The translations under genes were made by a program, and so were the position numbers. Below are positions 20,438 to 30,819 of a DNA stretch of 64,000 nt, in pieces. Every line of letters begins with the position of its first letter. The first letter of the stretch is position 1. This stretch comes from an uncultured Chroococcidiopsis sp. GTDB taxonomy: Bacteria; Cyanobacteriota; Cyanobacteriia; Cyanobacteriales; Chroococcidiopsidaceae. The stretch is taken from positions 28,552 through 92,551 of the forward strand of contig CAXTYC010000007.1 of NCBI GenBank assembly GCA_964248365.1. Reading direction: 5' to 3'. Under the pieces are notes generated by a model. That model was not told where the DNA came from. It was given only the letters and a program-made list of their open reading frames with translations, and made no database searches.

Positions 20438-20959
20438 TTCTCAAAAATTTTTTCTTAACTCTGGTTAGAAAAATTACATTCGTGTTGCGCTTCTAGGTAA
20501 ATTTTTATGCTTATGCTAATCTTACATCTTGCGCCTGCCATAAATCCCACCTGGGAATTAATTCCAAGGAACCGATAGTAGAAGTTTACCTTAGTAGACT
20601 CGCCTTGCAAGCTTCAAACGAGTTTCAACGGGTGAGGGCTATTAGTCTGTTATTTAAGTGACAGGCGGTTGTTGGAACAGGTGCAAGATCTCAGTTGAAA
20701 CGGACTTAGATCCCCAGTTAGTCTTCTTGAGAAGACTTTTGTTATTGGTTCTGTGCCAATTGATTGGGGGCGGGTATCGGCACTAGTACAAAATCTGAGT
20801 AATACTTTTGGTTTTATGGCTGCTAGATTTAAATCGCTGAAATTTGTGCCTCGACAAGGCGGATTTACTTTTTTTCCTCCTAAATACCTACACAGACAGG
20901 AGGGGAAGCAGGGAACAAGGAGACAATTTCGAATTTTGAAATTCGACCTTCGAATTTTG

Positions 20960-22144
20960 ATGCCTCTTACCGCTATTTTATGGTTGTGTAGTAGCCCTTG
21001 GGCGTTGGCAGCGGGGCAAAAACCTAAAACAAACGAAACTTTTGACAATCCTTTAGAGATTACTCAGCCCGATCCACTGCTACCACTAGCAGGGCAACCT
21101 TTAACCGCAATCCAACAATTAAAACTCAAGGCGGCGTTGGATCAATTAAATCAACAAGGCGCGGCGAGACTAGCAGCAGGGGATAATGTGAATGCTTTTG
21201 CGATTTGGAACCGAGAACTACGGCTGCGGAGGGCTTTGGGTTTTGAGGAGGAAGTGGAAGCACTGGGGCGAGTAGGGGCGATCGCTTGGCGTGAAAATCA
21301 GCGCCCAGAGGTGCAAGTAATTACCCAGCGTTTGCTAGATATTCAACAGCAAATCCAATTCCAACCAACTGTTGATTTAAGTCTGCTAAATTCTATCGGG
21401 CTAGCGTTTCAACAACTACGAGAACCAAGATCCGCGATCGCCACTTACGAACAAATTCTGGTAAAAACCCGTCAGCGAAAAGATGCAGCAGCAACACAAG
21501 CTACGCTCAGAACATTAGCCGAGTTACATTTAAGCTGGTTCGACTATACCAAAGCTGCTGCTGTTTATCAGGAATTGTTGGGTTTTGCAACTACCAACGG
21601 CGATCGCCTCGGTACACTAACATATCTGCAACAACTTGATTATATATATGAAAAGACAAAACAATTTCAGCCCGCTCTAGCAGTCAAGCAAAAGTTATTA
21701 GGAATTTACCAGAACGATCCACAATTGAGCTTATCTTTGCCTACATTAAGACTAGCGATCGCCAATGATTATCAAGACTTGGGACAAATACAAGCAGCGT
21801 TTGAAAACTATCAACAAGCTTATACTTCAGCTTGGTCTTTACAGCAATATGTGCTTGCTGGTGATGCTTTGCGTCAATTAATTTCACTTTACCGCTCTCA
21901 AGGTCAAATCGATGCAGCTTTGCAAACTAGTCAAATTCTTTTAGAAGCTGAGCAACGTGCTGCCAACATTTATGGTATGATGACTACTTATGACCAAATT
22001 GGACAGTTGTATCTCAAGCGTGCTAACTATTCTGAAGCTTTAGCAGCATTTCAAAAGGGTTTGGAATTAGCACAACAGCTAAAATACCAAGAATCTTACT
22101 TTGCTGCACAAATTCAACAAGTTAACCTGCGACTTGCTAAGTAG
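20960..22144 (+). CDS. Secreted tetratricopeptide repeat protein
   Basis: Signal-like N-terminus and many TPR helices (AAFENYQQAY, EALAAFQKGLELAQQ); start uncertain because the upstream part of the called ORF overlaps repeat DNA. Confidence 0.85.
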   Translation: MPLTAILWLCSSPWALAAGQKPKTNETFDNPLEITQPDPLLPLAGQPLTAIQQLKLKAALDQLNQQGAARLAAGDNVNAFAIWNRELRLRRALGFEEEVEALGRVGAIAWRENQRPEVQVITQRLLDIQQQIQFQPTVDLSLLNSIGLAFQQLREPRSAIATYEQILVKTRQRKDAAATQATLRTLAELHLSWFDYTKAAAVYQELLGFATTNGDRLGTLTYLQQLDYIYEKTKQFQPALAVKQKLLGIYQNDPQLSLSLPTLRLAIANDYQDLGQIQAAFENYQQAYTSAWSLQQYVLAGDALRQLISLYRSQGQIDAALQTSQILLEAEQRAANIYGMMTTYDQIGQLYLKRANYSEALAAFQKGLELAQQLKYQESYFAAQIQQVNLRLAK

Positions 22145-22313
22145 ATTTTAGACAATTGCAGAAGCCCCACGCTAGAAGACAGAATAGGGTTTTCATGTCA
22201 GATTAGAACATTGATTTTTCTGACTTGTTAATTCCTTCTAACTTCTGACTTTTGACTTCTGGTTTCTAACTCCTCTTAGCACTTAATACATTTTGTGTTT
22301 AACTAGGGGAAGT

Positions 22314-22754
22314 TTAATCTACTTTAATGCCGAATCTAGACAAGTCAGCACCATAGAGCTTAGCACCTTTAAAGTTAGCTCCAGCTAAGCTTGCACCATC
22401 AAGATCTGCACTATAGAGTTTTGCTCCACTAAAATTAACACCTGCAAGATTTGTATTACTTAAGCTAGCATCACTTGCAAAAACTTGGCTCAAATTTGCT
22501 TTGTACAAGTTAGCGCCAGTTAAATCAGCACCTTCTAAGTTAGCATTTTTGAGGTTAGCCGATGTTAAATCTGCATTGCGTAAGTCAGCACCAATTAGAT
22601 GAGCACCGCTTAGATTAGCCCCTGACAAATCACACCCTTGACACTCTCCGGTTTCAATTAATTGTTTTACTTGGGCTGGATTTTCGGCTTTTACAGGCGC
22701 TGCTAAGCAAATTGTAGTGATTAAGGCTGTAGTAGCTAGAATTGCCAATTTCAT
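22314..22754 (-). CDS. Secreted pentapeptide repeat protein
   Basis: Signal peptide, CQGCDL and A(D/N)Lxx repeats. Confidence 0.93.
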   Translation of the reverse strand: MKLAILATTALITTICLAAPVKAENPAQVKQLIETGECQGCDLSGANLSGAHLIGADLRNADLTSANLKNANLEGADLTGANLYKANLSQVFASDASLSNTNLAGVNFSGAKLYSADLDGASLAGANFKGAKLYGADLSRFGIKVD

Positions 22755-23709
22755 TTGGCTTCCCTCAATTCGATCAGAAGCTATTGAGTAGCTTCATGCT
22801 TATAGGATGACTGAGCTAGATAGCTTTTTACCTCACGCGCAAGAGTGAAGTCAAAAGGCTAATTTATTTGCCTTTCAGCTTATTTAATCGTTTTTCACCA
22901 CTCTCTTTAGTTACAGATATAAATAATTTAGCGTACCAATAGTTATAAATATTTACAAAACAACTAACTCTGTTTTAATTTCCGGTTACGACAGTAAAGA
23001 GCCAATGGCAAAAAATACCCAGCCTTCAATAGATAACCAGTTAGAGTTAAATATATTTAGAGATAAGAATAAGAAACTGAGTATTTTTTTAAGGCTAATC
23101 TTTTATTAAATGGCTGACATTGCCTACTAGCAAGAGCAACACATAATCTTTAAATCTAAAATCTAAAATAGTATAACCCGCCAAGCTACAAGGGTAAACA
23201 GCAGCTAATGGCGGGTAATGAAATTGAATTGATTCAAACGGGAAATAGAAATCAGATAGTTTCAAGCTAGGGTGGAACAAACTCGCAATTTAACTAAGCT
23301 CAATTGTGCAGCCACAAAGGTTAATCTAACCGAAATCAGCGTAAGTTCAAACACCTCCAATTACAACTGTATCAAACTAAAGGCAAAACTATATTCTTGT
23401 TGGCTACACTTCAAATATTGCGAGGGGTTCAGAGCAGGAGGCACTGGCTCTAACCTCAAACTTTTAGTTTAATGTTTGTTTTTGTGCCTGTATTTAAAGT
23501 AGCACCAGTCTTTTGAAATAAACCCTCTATATTTAACAAAGTTTATCAGGTTTAATTGGTCGTAATAATTGCTAAAAACTGTTTACATAAGGCATATATG
23601 CTGTAAGAGGGGTGAGGGAATATTGCCATATTGAGGCGGAGCCTCAATATTCTAGTTTCCAGGCTCAGCCTGGAAACTAGTTGTAGCTATCTTCTAGCTC
23701 GACTGGTTG

Positions 23710-24414
23710 TTACTTAGTAGAACTACTTGTAGTACTTTCAGCCGGAGCCGAACTGCTATTAGATGTTGCGTCTGATTGATTTGACGTATCTTGAGATGGT
23801 GTTGTAGTTTCAGTATCAGTTTGTTGACTTTGAGAATCAGTTTTACTGCTCTGGGTTTGTGGCTGGGTGGGAGGTGTCTGGCTTGTAGGTGCTTTTTCCG
23901 CCGCAGACTGCTGGGGTGCAGAGTTAGGAACAGTAATCTTAATGTCTTGCTTGCTCGCGGGTGATGGTGCTTGTGGTTGGGGAACCGGAACTAATACGTC
24001 TCTGGTTTTTTCAATAATGGTTTCTTTTTGGGGTGGTTGCTGGGGTTGAGGCGATGGTTTTTCGTTTGGTGAAACTATGACTGGCGGTATGACTTGGGTA
24101 GGTGCTTCGTTATTTTGATTGAATAACCAGAAAGCTCCAACGGTTAAACCTGTAATAGAAGTAAGTAAAATGCCAATTATTAAGCCCCTGGCAGCATTAT
24201 TATTATCTCGTTGGGCTAAAACATTTTCTTGGTGGCTATGCTCGGACACTTGACCATGAACGTAGCCATCAGTATAAGAGTTGATTCCCCGCTCAGCTGT
24301 GCTATTGTTTACAGTCTCAGTTGTTCGTGACACATTGGTATAAGTATTACCATTAGCATCGTTGTATTGACGCATTTCCTGGTTGTGGATCTTGCGATCG
24401 CCTTGATTAGACAT
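23710..24414 (-). CDS. Single-TM hypothetical protein with P/Q/S/T-rich C-terminus
   Basis: RDNNNAARGLIIGILL TM segment followed by a low-complexity tail. Confidence 0.8.
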   Translation of the reverse strand: MSNQGDRKIHNQEMRQYNDANGNTYTNVSRTTETVNNSTAERGINSYTDGYVHGQVSEHSHQENVLAQRDNNNAARGLIIGILLTSITGLTVGAFWLFNQNNEAPTQVIPPVIVSPNEKPSPQPQQPPQKETIIEKTRDVLVPVPQPQAPSPASKQDIKITVPNSAPQQSAAEKAPTSQTPPTQPQTQSSKTDSQSQQTDTETTTPSQDTSNQSDATSNSSSAPAESTTSSSTK

Positions 24415-24893
24415 AGTTTTAATAGAACTCCAGTTTTAGGATTCGTAATAGATATGTGGAAACCTGTAAGCAACTTAGTGAAGCTCGAATAGCTCACCTA
24501 AGTAAGTGCTAGTTATATTTAATACAAGCTTTGATTGTTAGAATAACTTGTGCGATCGCGCCAACGGCTCTATCGCAAGATGGGAATTAATCGTCTATCT
24601 AGGGAGGGATTACGCTAACTTAGATCTTGCACCTACTTTTTCGTCCGCCTAGAAATAAATTTCTAGGCTCAAAGCTCAACTAAGCTAAAGCTTACTGAAT
24701 ACACATTTGAGTGGGTTAAAACCCACTGGGGCTATAAGCCTTGAACTTCAGTTCAAGGCGTACGAGAGGGCGAGGTACAAGATTTGAGCTAAGAGATGTT
24801 TAGATGTAAAGCTATGTAAAAAAGTAGAGGCGCTCCGGTTATTTCGTCCCTACTCTGGTAACTGGTAACTGATAACAGCTAACTGTTTCAAAT

Positions 24894-25781
24894 TTATTTC
24901 TCTTTGAATAAACGAGCAGGCTTCAATTTGAGATCGCCAGGTGTAAGTTCGTAGGGAAAAATTGACCTAACTCGCTCTACTACAGCAATCATGTATTGAT
25001 AATCTGGTACTGCTGCTGTGGGAATATAACCTGTTTCTTGCGCCAAAACTGAAGGAGCTTGACTCATAACTTCTCGAATACTTTCCTGGCTGTTTTGCTC
25101 AATAGTAGGCGAAATCAAAACCACTCCTAAAGGAACATTGTGGGGATCAGTGTAAAGGACGCGAAAGGCTGTTTGATTGAATTGTGATTTATATAAATCC
25201 AATTGTTTCTGAGAAAGCGCTCCCGCCGCCGCCTTACCTTCAGCTACCCATTGCAATACAGTTTCGGGTGTCGGTGCTAGGAGGATTTCAGCTAAGGTTA
25301 AGCCATAAAGATTGTAAATGGGGAAATAGAATCCTGTGGCGGAACCTGGTTGACCTAACGCCAGTGTTTTACCTTCTAACTGTTTGAAGTTGCTTAAAGG
25401 ACTATTTTGTTTTACAACTAAAATAGAGCGTAAATTGGTTACACCTTCTAAGGGAAATAGGGGACGATATTGTTCCTGAGAAATGGCGATCGCAGATATG
25501 CCTGGAGGAGCAAAAACTAAAGACCAAGCTTTACTACGAATGCGCTCTAAGGCTTTATTTTCATTAAACGTTGGTTCTAACCTCACCAGTGACCCAGTTT
25601 TTTCCCCTAAGTAGCTAATAAAGCGATCGTACTGGTCGAGAATTTGTTGACCTTGAGAGTAGCTGACTGTACCCACGATCAACTCATTACCCTCAGTTTG
25701 GATCGATTTACTTTTACAGGCTGCTAGTAAAAGTAGCTGCGTGAGAAAAAAACGCCGTGAAAATCTGGAATACATGACCAC
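24894..25781 (-). CDS. PhnD/phosphonate-type substrate-binding lipoprotein (no ABC partners adjacent)
   Basis: SRRFFL + LLAAC lipobox; LEGKTLALGQPGSATGFYFP motif. Confidence 0.85.
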   Translation of the reverse strand: MVMYSRFSRRFFLTQLLLLAACKSKSIQTEGNELIVGTVSYSQGQQILDQYDRFISYLGEKTGSLVRLEPTFNENKALERIRSKAWSLVFAPPGISAIAISQEQYRPLFPLEGVTNLRSILVVKQNSPLSNFKQLEGKTLALGQPGSATGFYFPIYNLYGLTLAEILLAPTPETVLQWVAEGKAAAGALSQKQLDLYKSQFNQTAFRVLYTDPHNVPLGVVLISPTIEQNSQESIREVMSQAPSVLAQETGYIPTAAVPDYQYMIAVVERVRSIFPYELTPGDLKLKPARLFKEK

Positions 25782-25941
25782 CCGAATGAAGAAGATATTG
25801 TTGCTCTAGGAGCATCGCTATGGATGGTAGAGTCCAGGCAGATCTAACTTGAAACTCAGTGATTTAAAAATTATGTTATTTGGTATTTTTATATACGATT
25901 GATTTTTAGTATTTTAATATAAATTTCTCTGGGTGAACAAA

Positions 25942-26847
25942 ATGTTAAAAAATCTTAAGCTTACTACCAAATTTAGTTTGATGTTGATGTTAGTGTTTAT
26001 AGGTGGCATCTTAATTAGTGGTGCTGCTTTATCAAAAGCCTTGGAACACAGAGCAGAAAACGAAATTACTTCTCAAGCACTATTGCTGATCCAAACAATG
26101 AATGCTGTAAGAAGTTATACCGGTGAACACATAAACCCACTTTTGACACCTAGACTTGATACCGAACCAGTATTCATCCCAGAAACAGTACCAGCCTATT
26201 CAGCAACAGAAGTATTTGAAAATTTGCGCCATAACGAAGAATATAAAAATTTCTTCTACAAAGAAGCTACCTTAAATCCAACGAATTTGCGAGACAAAGC
26301 TGATACTTTTGAAACCAAAATAGTAGAACGCTTTCGCAATGAACCACAGACTAAAGAAATCTCCGGTTTTCGCACCTTACCAGGAGGGGAAGTATTTTAC
26401 ATTGCTAGACCTCTAGCTATTCTTAAAGAAAGTTGTCTCAAATGCCATTCAACTCCAGAAAATGCCCCAAAAAGTCAGCTAGCAACCTATGGAACAGAAT
26501 GGGGGTTTGGGTGGAAGTTGAATGAAATTGTGGCGGCTCAAATTATTTCTGTACCTTCAGCTCAAGTATTTGCTGCTACCAAAAGCTCTTTAAGTTTGGT
26601 CATGGGAATTTTATTCGGGATCTTTGCTATTATTATATTTTGGATAAATTTTTTCCTGAAACGCTCTGTAATTCAACCAATTAAGCGGATGTCTAAGGTA
26701 GCTCAAAAAGTGAGTACTGGAGAGATGAGCGCTGATTTTGATTCTTCTTCAAATGATGAAATTGGTGTTTTAGCGGCATCTTTCAACCGCATGAAATCTA
26801 GTTTAGAAATTGCAATGAAGCTACTACATCAGCAGCAAACTCGGTAA
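25942..26847 (+). CDS. DUF3365/Tll0287-like c-type heme sensor with HAMP domain and no output domain
   Basis: Two TM helices, KEATLNPTNLRDKAD, CLKCH heme-binding motif, HAMP (DEIGVLAASFNRM), then stop. Confidence 0.88.
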   Translation: MLKNLKLTTKFSLMLMLVFIGGILISGAALSKALEHRAENEITSQALLLIQTMNAVRSYTGEHINPLLTPRLDTEPVFIPETVPAYSATEVFENLRHNEEYKNFFYKEATLNPTNLRDKADTFETKIVERFRNEPQTKEISGFRTLPGGEVFYIARPLAILKESCLKCHSTPENAPKSQLATYGTEWGFGWKLNEIVAAQIISVPSAQVFAATKSSLSLVMGILFGIFAIIIFWINFFLKRSVIQPIKRMSKVAQKVSTGEMSADFDSSSNDEIGVLAASFNRMKSSLEIAMKLLHQQQTR

Positions 26848-26851
26848 ATTG

Positions 26852-27022
26852 AGGGGCTAGGGGCTAGAGGAACCAGGGGCTAGAGGAACCAGGGGCTAGA
26901 GGAACCAGGGGCTAGAAAAAGGCAGAGGGGCAGGGGGGAAATCTATTGCAGTTCTCCCCCTTGCTCCTGTGCACCTGAAGCTCCCCTGCTCCCACAGCAC
27001 CCGCCAGCTTTCCCTAGCCCCT
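26852..27022. repeat. Composite intergenic repeat (AGGGGCTAGAGGAACC x3 + GAAATCTATTGCAGTTCTCCCCC core)
   Basis: Tandem 16-mers; the core is shared with 56029-56190. Confidence 0.8.
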
Positions 27023-29178
27023 CATGAAAGCAGTTGCTGGCGAAATTCAACGGCTTTGTTTTGATCGGGAATTTGTACTGCTAAAAGTTCTACTAGCTCT
27101 TGTTTAGAAATTTGGGGATGATATTTTAAAGCTTTGCGCACCAAGAAAGTAGCAATAGGACCAATACAGTTAGCTAAAGCTTTTTCACATTGATGTATTT
27201 CACTTTCAGGAATGGTTGGAGCTTGAGTGCTGGAAGCAACAGATGATTTAGTTTGAGGTTGAGAAGTGGATGCTTCTAATAGGGATGCCCGTTGCTTTAA
27301 TTCATCCTGTTGGTGAGCAGGTAAGTGTTGTGTCAAATATTCCACCCAATTATGAGGATTAGACGCTCGCCTAGCTGCTTTTCGTAGTAGGGTGGGAGCA
27401 ATTGGACCAACTATTTCCATGAGAATCTTTTCTAGTTGGGAATACTGCCAATGAAAACTGTCTGCTGGCAAAGATTCTTGCTTAGTAGCAGATGGGACAG
27501 AAGAATTAGAAGATTCTGGTGGTTGATTTTCAACAGGTGAGCCATCATGGTCGAGATTTACTTTTGCAGGAGATTGTAAGGCATTTACCCTACTAAAACC
27601 GCTACTTTTGGGCAAAATTTCAATTACACCTTGTACTCCTGATAGCCAAGAATAAAGAGAAATGCCTGTATTTTCTAGCTGCTGCTGTAATTTGGTAATC
27701 CATACTGCTACAGGTAAGCCGCCAGATGGCTTTCTCGCGTTTAGTGCTGCTAATAACGCTTGGGTAAATTGCTCTGGCTGATCCCCAGGGGAGGCGGCGG
27801 CGATTAGACATTGTCCATGTTCAGAGCCGAGTTTAAGTTCTTCTATCCAATCAGAAAGTGAATCAGCGCCTGGACAATCTAATATAACTATCTGTTGTGC
27901 CGTTTGGGTGCGGCGTAATTCTTGCCGTAACCAAGAGCGACTGAGCTTGACGTTATCTTTTAATACTAACCACGCCTCTCCATCTTCAATCTGCTCAATT
28001 TTTCCTCGTAAGTATAATAAGACAGTTGTAGTTTCTTTGATTGATTTCGAGTGGTTTAGGGATTGGGAAGTGAGAATTTGTGGTTGCGATCGCAAACAGC
28101 TTTGAATTCCATTTCTAACTTCTGTCCACGCTTTATTTGAGCCAGACCAGTAGTCTAGTTGAAAATCCCCTGCCTGATGTAATACTTTACCAATAGCAGC
28201 AACCGTTTGGCTGTTTGATAAAGCGTCGATCACAATTGCACGTCGCTGATTGATGGTAGGTGTAGTGCGATCGGTTTTTAACCCTAGCACCAGTTCCCCC
28301 ACTCCTTCGACAATTCGCTTTGGCGTTTGTAAGGGATATTCTGGATGAAGATCTGATTCACCTCGACTGCGCTTTTGCTGATTAATCAGACGCAGTTGTT
28401 GATTTGTCTTGTCAATATATTGCAGCGTCTGGTGATAAACGTATTTGTAAAGCCCATCTGCCTCAATTACACCTTGGGAATCTGCTGCTTCACCTTGTAA
28501 ACCCCGCATCAGGTAGTAAGTAAATAACCCGTGCTTTAGCTCAGGAAACTCCCATGAGCGTTGTTTTTGGTCGCAAGATAGCAAGGCATAAAATCCCCTA
28601 CTTTCAGCCGCACGTTGCCGTAATACTTCCTCTAGTTGATCTGCTGGGTTAATTACGACAATATTTCCAGCTTCTCCCTTGGCTCCCCTTAAACTGATAT
28701 CACCGCTATGGCAAGCATCTAGCCACAGCATCTGGCGATGAATTCCTAGATTACTCAATAGCTGTAACATTTCCGGTAATCTTAGACCTGTAGCCAGTAG
28801 ATCATCTTTGTTTGTATCTGCTAGACATAAAATAACCTCCTCCGTCTTTTCGTCTAGTACTCCATGCCCTGAAAAGTAAAGCAGGATAGTATCTTCTGGT
28901 TTAGCTGCTGCAACAATCCGCTTCAGACTTGCCTGAACTAATTCAAGTGTGGGCGGGGCAGCAAAATCATGATGTACAATCACTTCTTTGCGCGGAAAAC
29001 CTTGGGTTGCTTCAAGCAATGCGGATGCCAGACCCTGGCAATCGAAAGCTGAGTAGCGCAAACAAGGCAGATCATCATCTTGATAAGAGTTCACGCCTAC
29101 TAGCAAACTCCAAAGCTTAGCTTCTCCTGTTTCCAAGGCATGAGTAGAGCGACTAGTACCAACACTTAATGGAGACAT
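27022..29178 (-). CDS. Caspase-family (peptidase C14, orthocaspase-like) protein
   Basis: LLYFSGHG and WLDACHSG catalytic dyad, HGLFTYYL, a second degenerate caspase-like domain, and two C-terminal GPIA repeats. Confidence 0.9.
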   Translation of the reverse strand: MSPLSVGTSRSTHALETGEAKLWSLLVGVNSYQDDDLPCLRYSAFDCQGLASALLEATQGFPRKEVIVHHDFAAPPTLELVQASLKRIVAAAKPEDTILLYFSGHGVLDEKTEEVILCLADTNKDDLLATGLRLPEMLQLLSNLGIHRQMLWLDACHSGDISLRGAKGEAGNIVVINPADQLEEVLRQRAAESRGFYALLSCDQKQRSWEFPELKHGLFTYYLMRGLQGEAADSQGVIEADGLYKYVYHQTLQYIDKTNQQLRLINQQKRSRGESDLHPEYPLQTPKRIVEGVGELVLGLKTDRTTPTINQRRAIVIDALSNSQTVAAIGKVLHQAGDFQLDYWSGSNKAWTEVRNGIQSCLRSQPQILTSQSLNHSKSIKETTTVLLYLRGKIEQIEDGEAWLVLKDNVKLSRSWLRQELRRTQTAQQIVILDCPGADSLSDWIEELKLGSEHGQCLIAAASPGDQPEQFTQALLAALNARKPSGGLPVAVWITKLQQQLENTGISLYSWLSGVQGVIEILPKSSGFSRVNALQSPAKVNLDHDGSPVENQPPESSNSSVPSATKQESLPADSFHWQYSQLEKILMEIVGPIAPTLLRKAARRASNPHNWVEYLTQHLPAHQQDELKQRASLLEASTSQPQTKSSVASSTQAPTIPESEIHQCEKALANCIGPIATFLVRKALKYHPQISKQELVELLAVQIPDQNKAVEFRQQLLS

Positions 29179-29591
29179 TTTTTAAATCGCAAGTGCAACC
29201 AACTTTGTTTATCGTTTCTTCTGCTGTTGCCTTTGGGGGCGAAAAGCAGGATAGTCTTTAAATACAACCGAGGAGTAGGAAGATTAGTTTTCGCATTACA
29301 AGTTTTTGCGTGTATGCACAAAGATTAATTATAGTTTCCAAGCCTTAAAGCACTTAGGTGTCATGCTTGTACTATTTAATGACTACACCTTAAACACAGT
29401 GTTTCCCAGAAAAATCAATTTTTATTAATTATGTGTTAATAAATACACACAAAGGAATTCGTAATTCGTAATTCGTAATTTGAATTTCGTAATTTTCCCC
29501 CCAGATCCCCCAGCCCTCTTTTCCCTCACTCCTCACTTCGTTTTCGGTAAAATAAAGTGCTGAAAACTTAGAAACTGGGGGAGAAAGCAGA

Positions 29592-30314
29592 TTGCCTACA
29601 CTGGGAGTCAATATCGATCACATTGCTACTATCCGACAGGCTCGACGCACGGTAGAACCTGATCCTGTAGCGGCGGCGGTGCTAGCAGAGCTGGGGGGAG
29701 CAGATGGGATTACAGTACATTTGCGCGAGGATAGGCGACATATTCAAGACCGAGATGTACGCTTGCTACGGCAGACAGTGCGAACCCATTTAAATTTAGA
29801 AATGGCAGCTACAGATGAAATGGTGGCGATCGCACTTGATATTAAACCAGATTACGTCACCCTAGTACCAGAAAAGCGCCTTGAAGTGACGACCGAAGGA
29901 GGGCTGGATATCTTGGGTCAGAAGAATCGACTGGCGGGGATAGTAGAGCAGTTGCAGTCAGCCCAAATTCCAGTCAGTCTGTTTATTGATGCAGACAAAG
30001 CACAAATTGAAGCATCTGTCAAGGTCAAAGCAAAGTTTATTGAATTACACACGGGACGCTATGCCGAAGCAGCAGACGAAGCGAGTCGAGAGCAAGAATT
30101 AGCAGTCTTAGCAAAAGGGTGTGCTCTTGCGATCGCTTCCCAATTGCGAGTCAATGCAGGTCATGGTCTAACTTACCTGAATGTTTATCCGGTTGCTTGT
30201 CTCCCTGGTATGGAAGAACTCAATATTGGTCATACAATCATCAGTCGAGCAGCTTTAGTTGGCTTAGAGCGAGCTGTCCGCGAGATGAAACAAGCAATGC
30301 GAGGAGAACTATGA
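29592..30314 (+). CDS. pdxJ: Pyridoxine 5'-phosphate synthase
   Basis: [39 protein letters not shown]. Confidence 0.97.
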   Translation: MPTLGVNIDHIATIRQARRTVEPDPVAAAVLAELGGADGITVHLREDRRHIQDRDVRLLRQTVRTHLNLEMAATDEMVAIALDIKPDYVTLVPEKRLEVTTEGGLDILGQKNRLAGIVEQLQSAQIPVSLFIDADKAQIEASVKVKAKFIELHTGRYAEAADEASREQELAVLAKGCALAIASQLRVNAGHGLTYLNVYPVACLPGMEELNIGHTIISRAALVGLERAVREMKQAMRGEL

Positions 30315-30395
30315 AATTAGTCATTCGTCATTTGTCATTGGTCATTAGTTGTAGACAAAGGACAATTGACAAATAACAAAGGACAAAGGACAAAA

Positions 30396-30725
30396 ATGAA
30401 AACTTATTACTACGTTTTGGCAAGTCAACGCTTTTTAATCGAAGAAGAACCAATTGAGGAAGTGCTACGGGAACGTACCCGCGACTATCACGAAAAAGAA
30501 AAAGAAATTGATTTTTGGTTAGTTAAGCAGCCTGCTTTTTTATCAGCACCGGAAATGCAGGAGATTAAAAATCAATGTCCCCAACCAGCAGTGGCGATTA
30601 TCTCGACCAATCCCCCATTTATTACATGGCTGAAACTGCGTTTAGAGTACGTACTGACGGGTGAATTTCAAGCACCTTCTGCTACTATTCCCGACCCATT
30701 AGCATCCTTGACAACTGTATTATGA
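30396..30725 (+). CDS. ycf54: Ycf54, MgPME cyclase auxiliary protein
   Basis: YYYVLASQRFL.EEEP.EEVLRER; FITWLKLRLEYV. Confidence 0.93.
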   Translation: MKTYYYVLASQRFLIEEEPIEEVLRERTRDYHEKEKEIDFWLVKQPAFLSAPEMQEIKNQCPQPAVAIISTNPPFITWLKLRLEYVLTGEFQAPSATIPDPLASLTTVL

Positions 30726-30819
30726 GGGGCTAGAGGCTAGAGGCTAGAGGGAGGTAAATTCTCCCCTTGTCACCTTGTCCCCTTGTCCCCCCAGCTTTCC
30801 CTAGCCCCTAGCCCCTCTT

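Noticed and set aside
22760..23620. Short ORFs in a long AT-rich intergenic region
   Set aside because: No recognisable motifs; a decayed gene cannot be excluded without a search.
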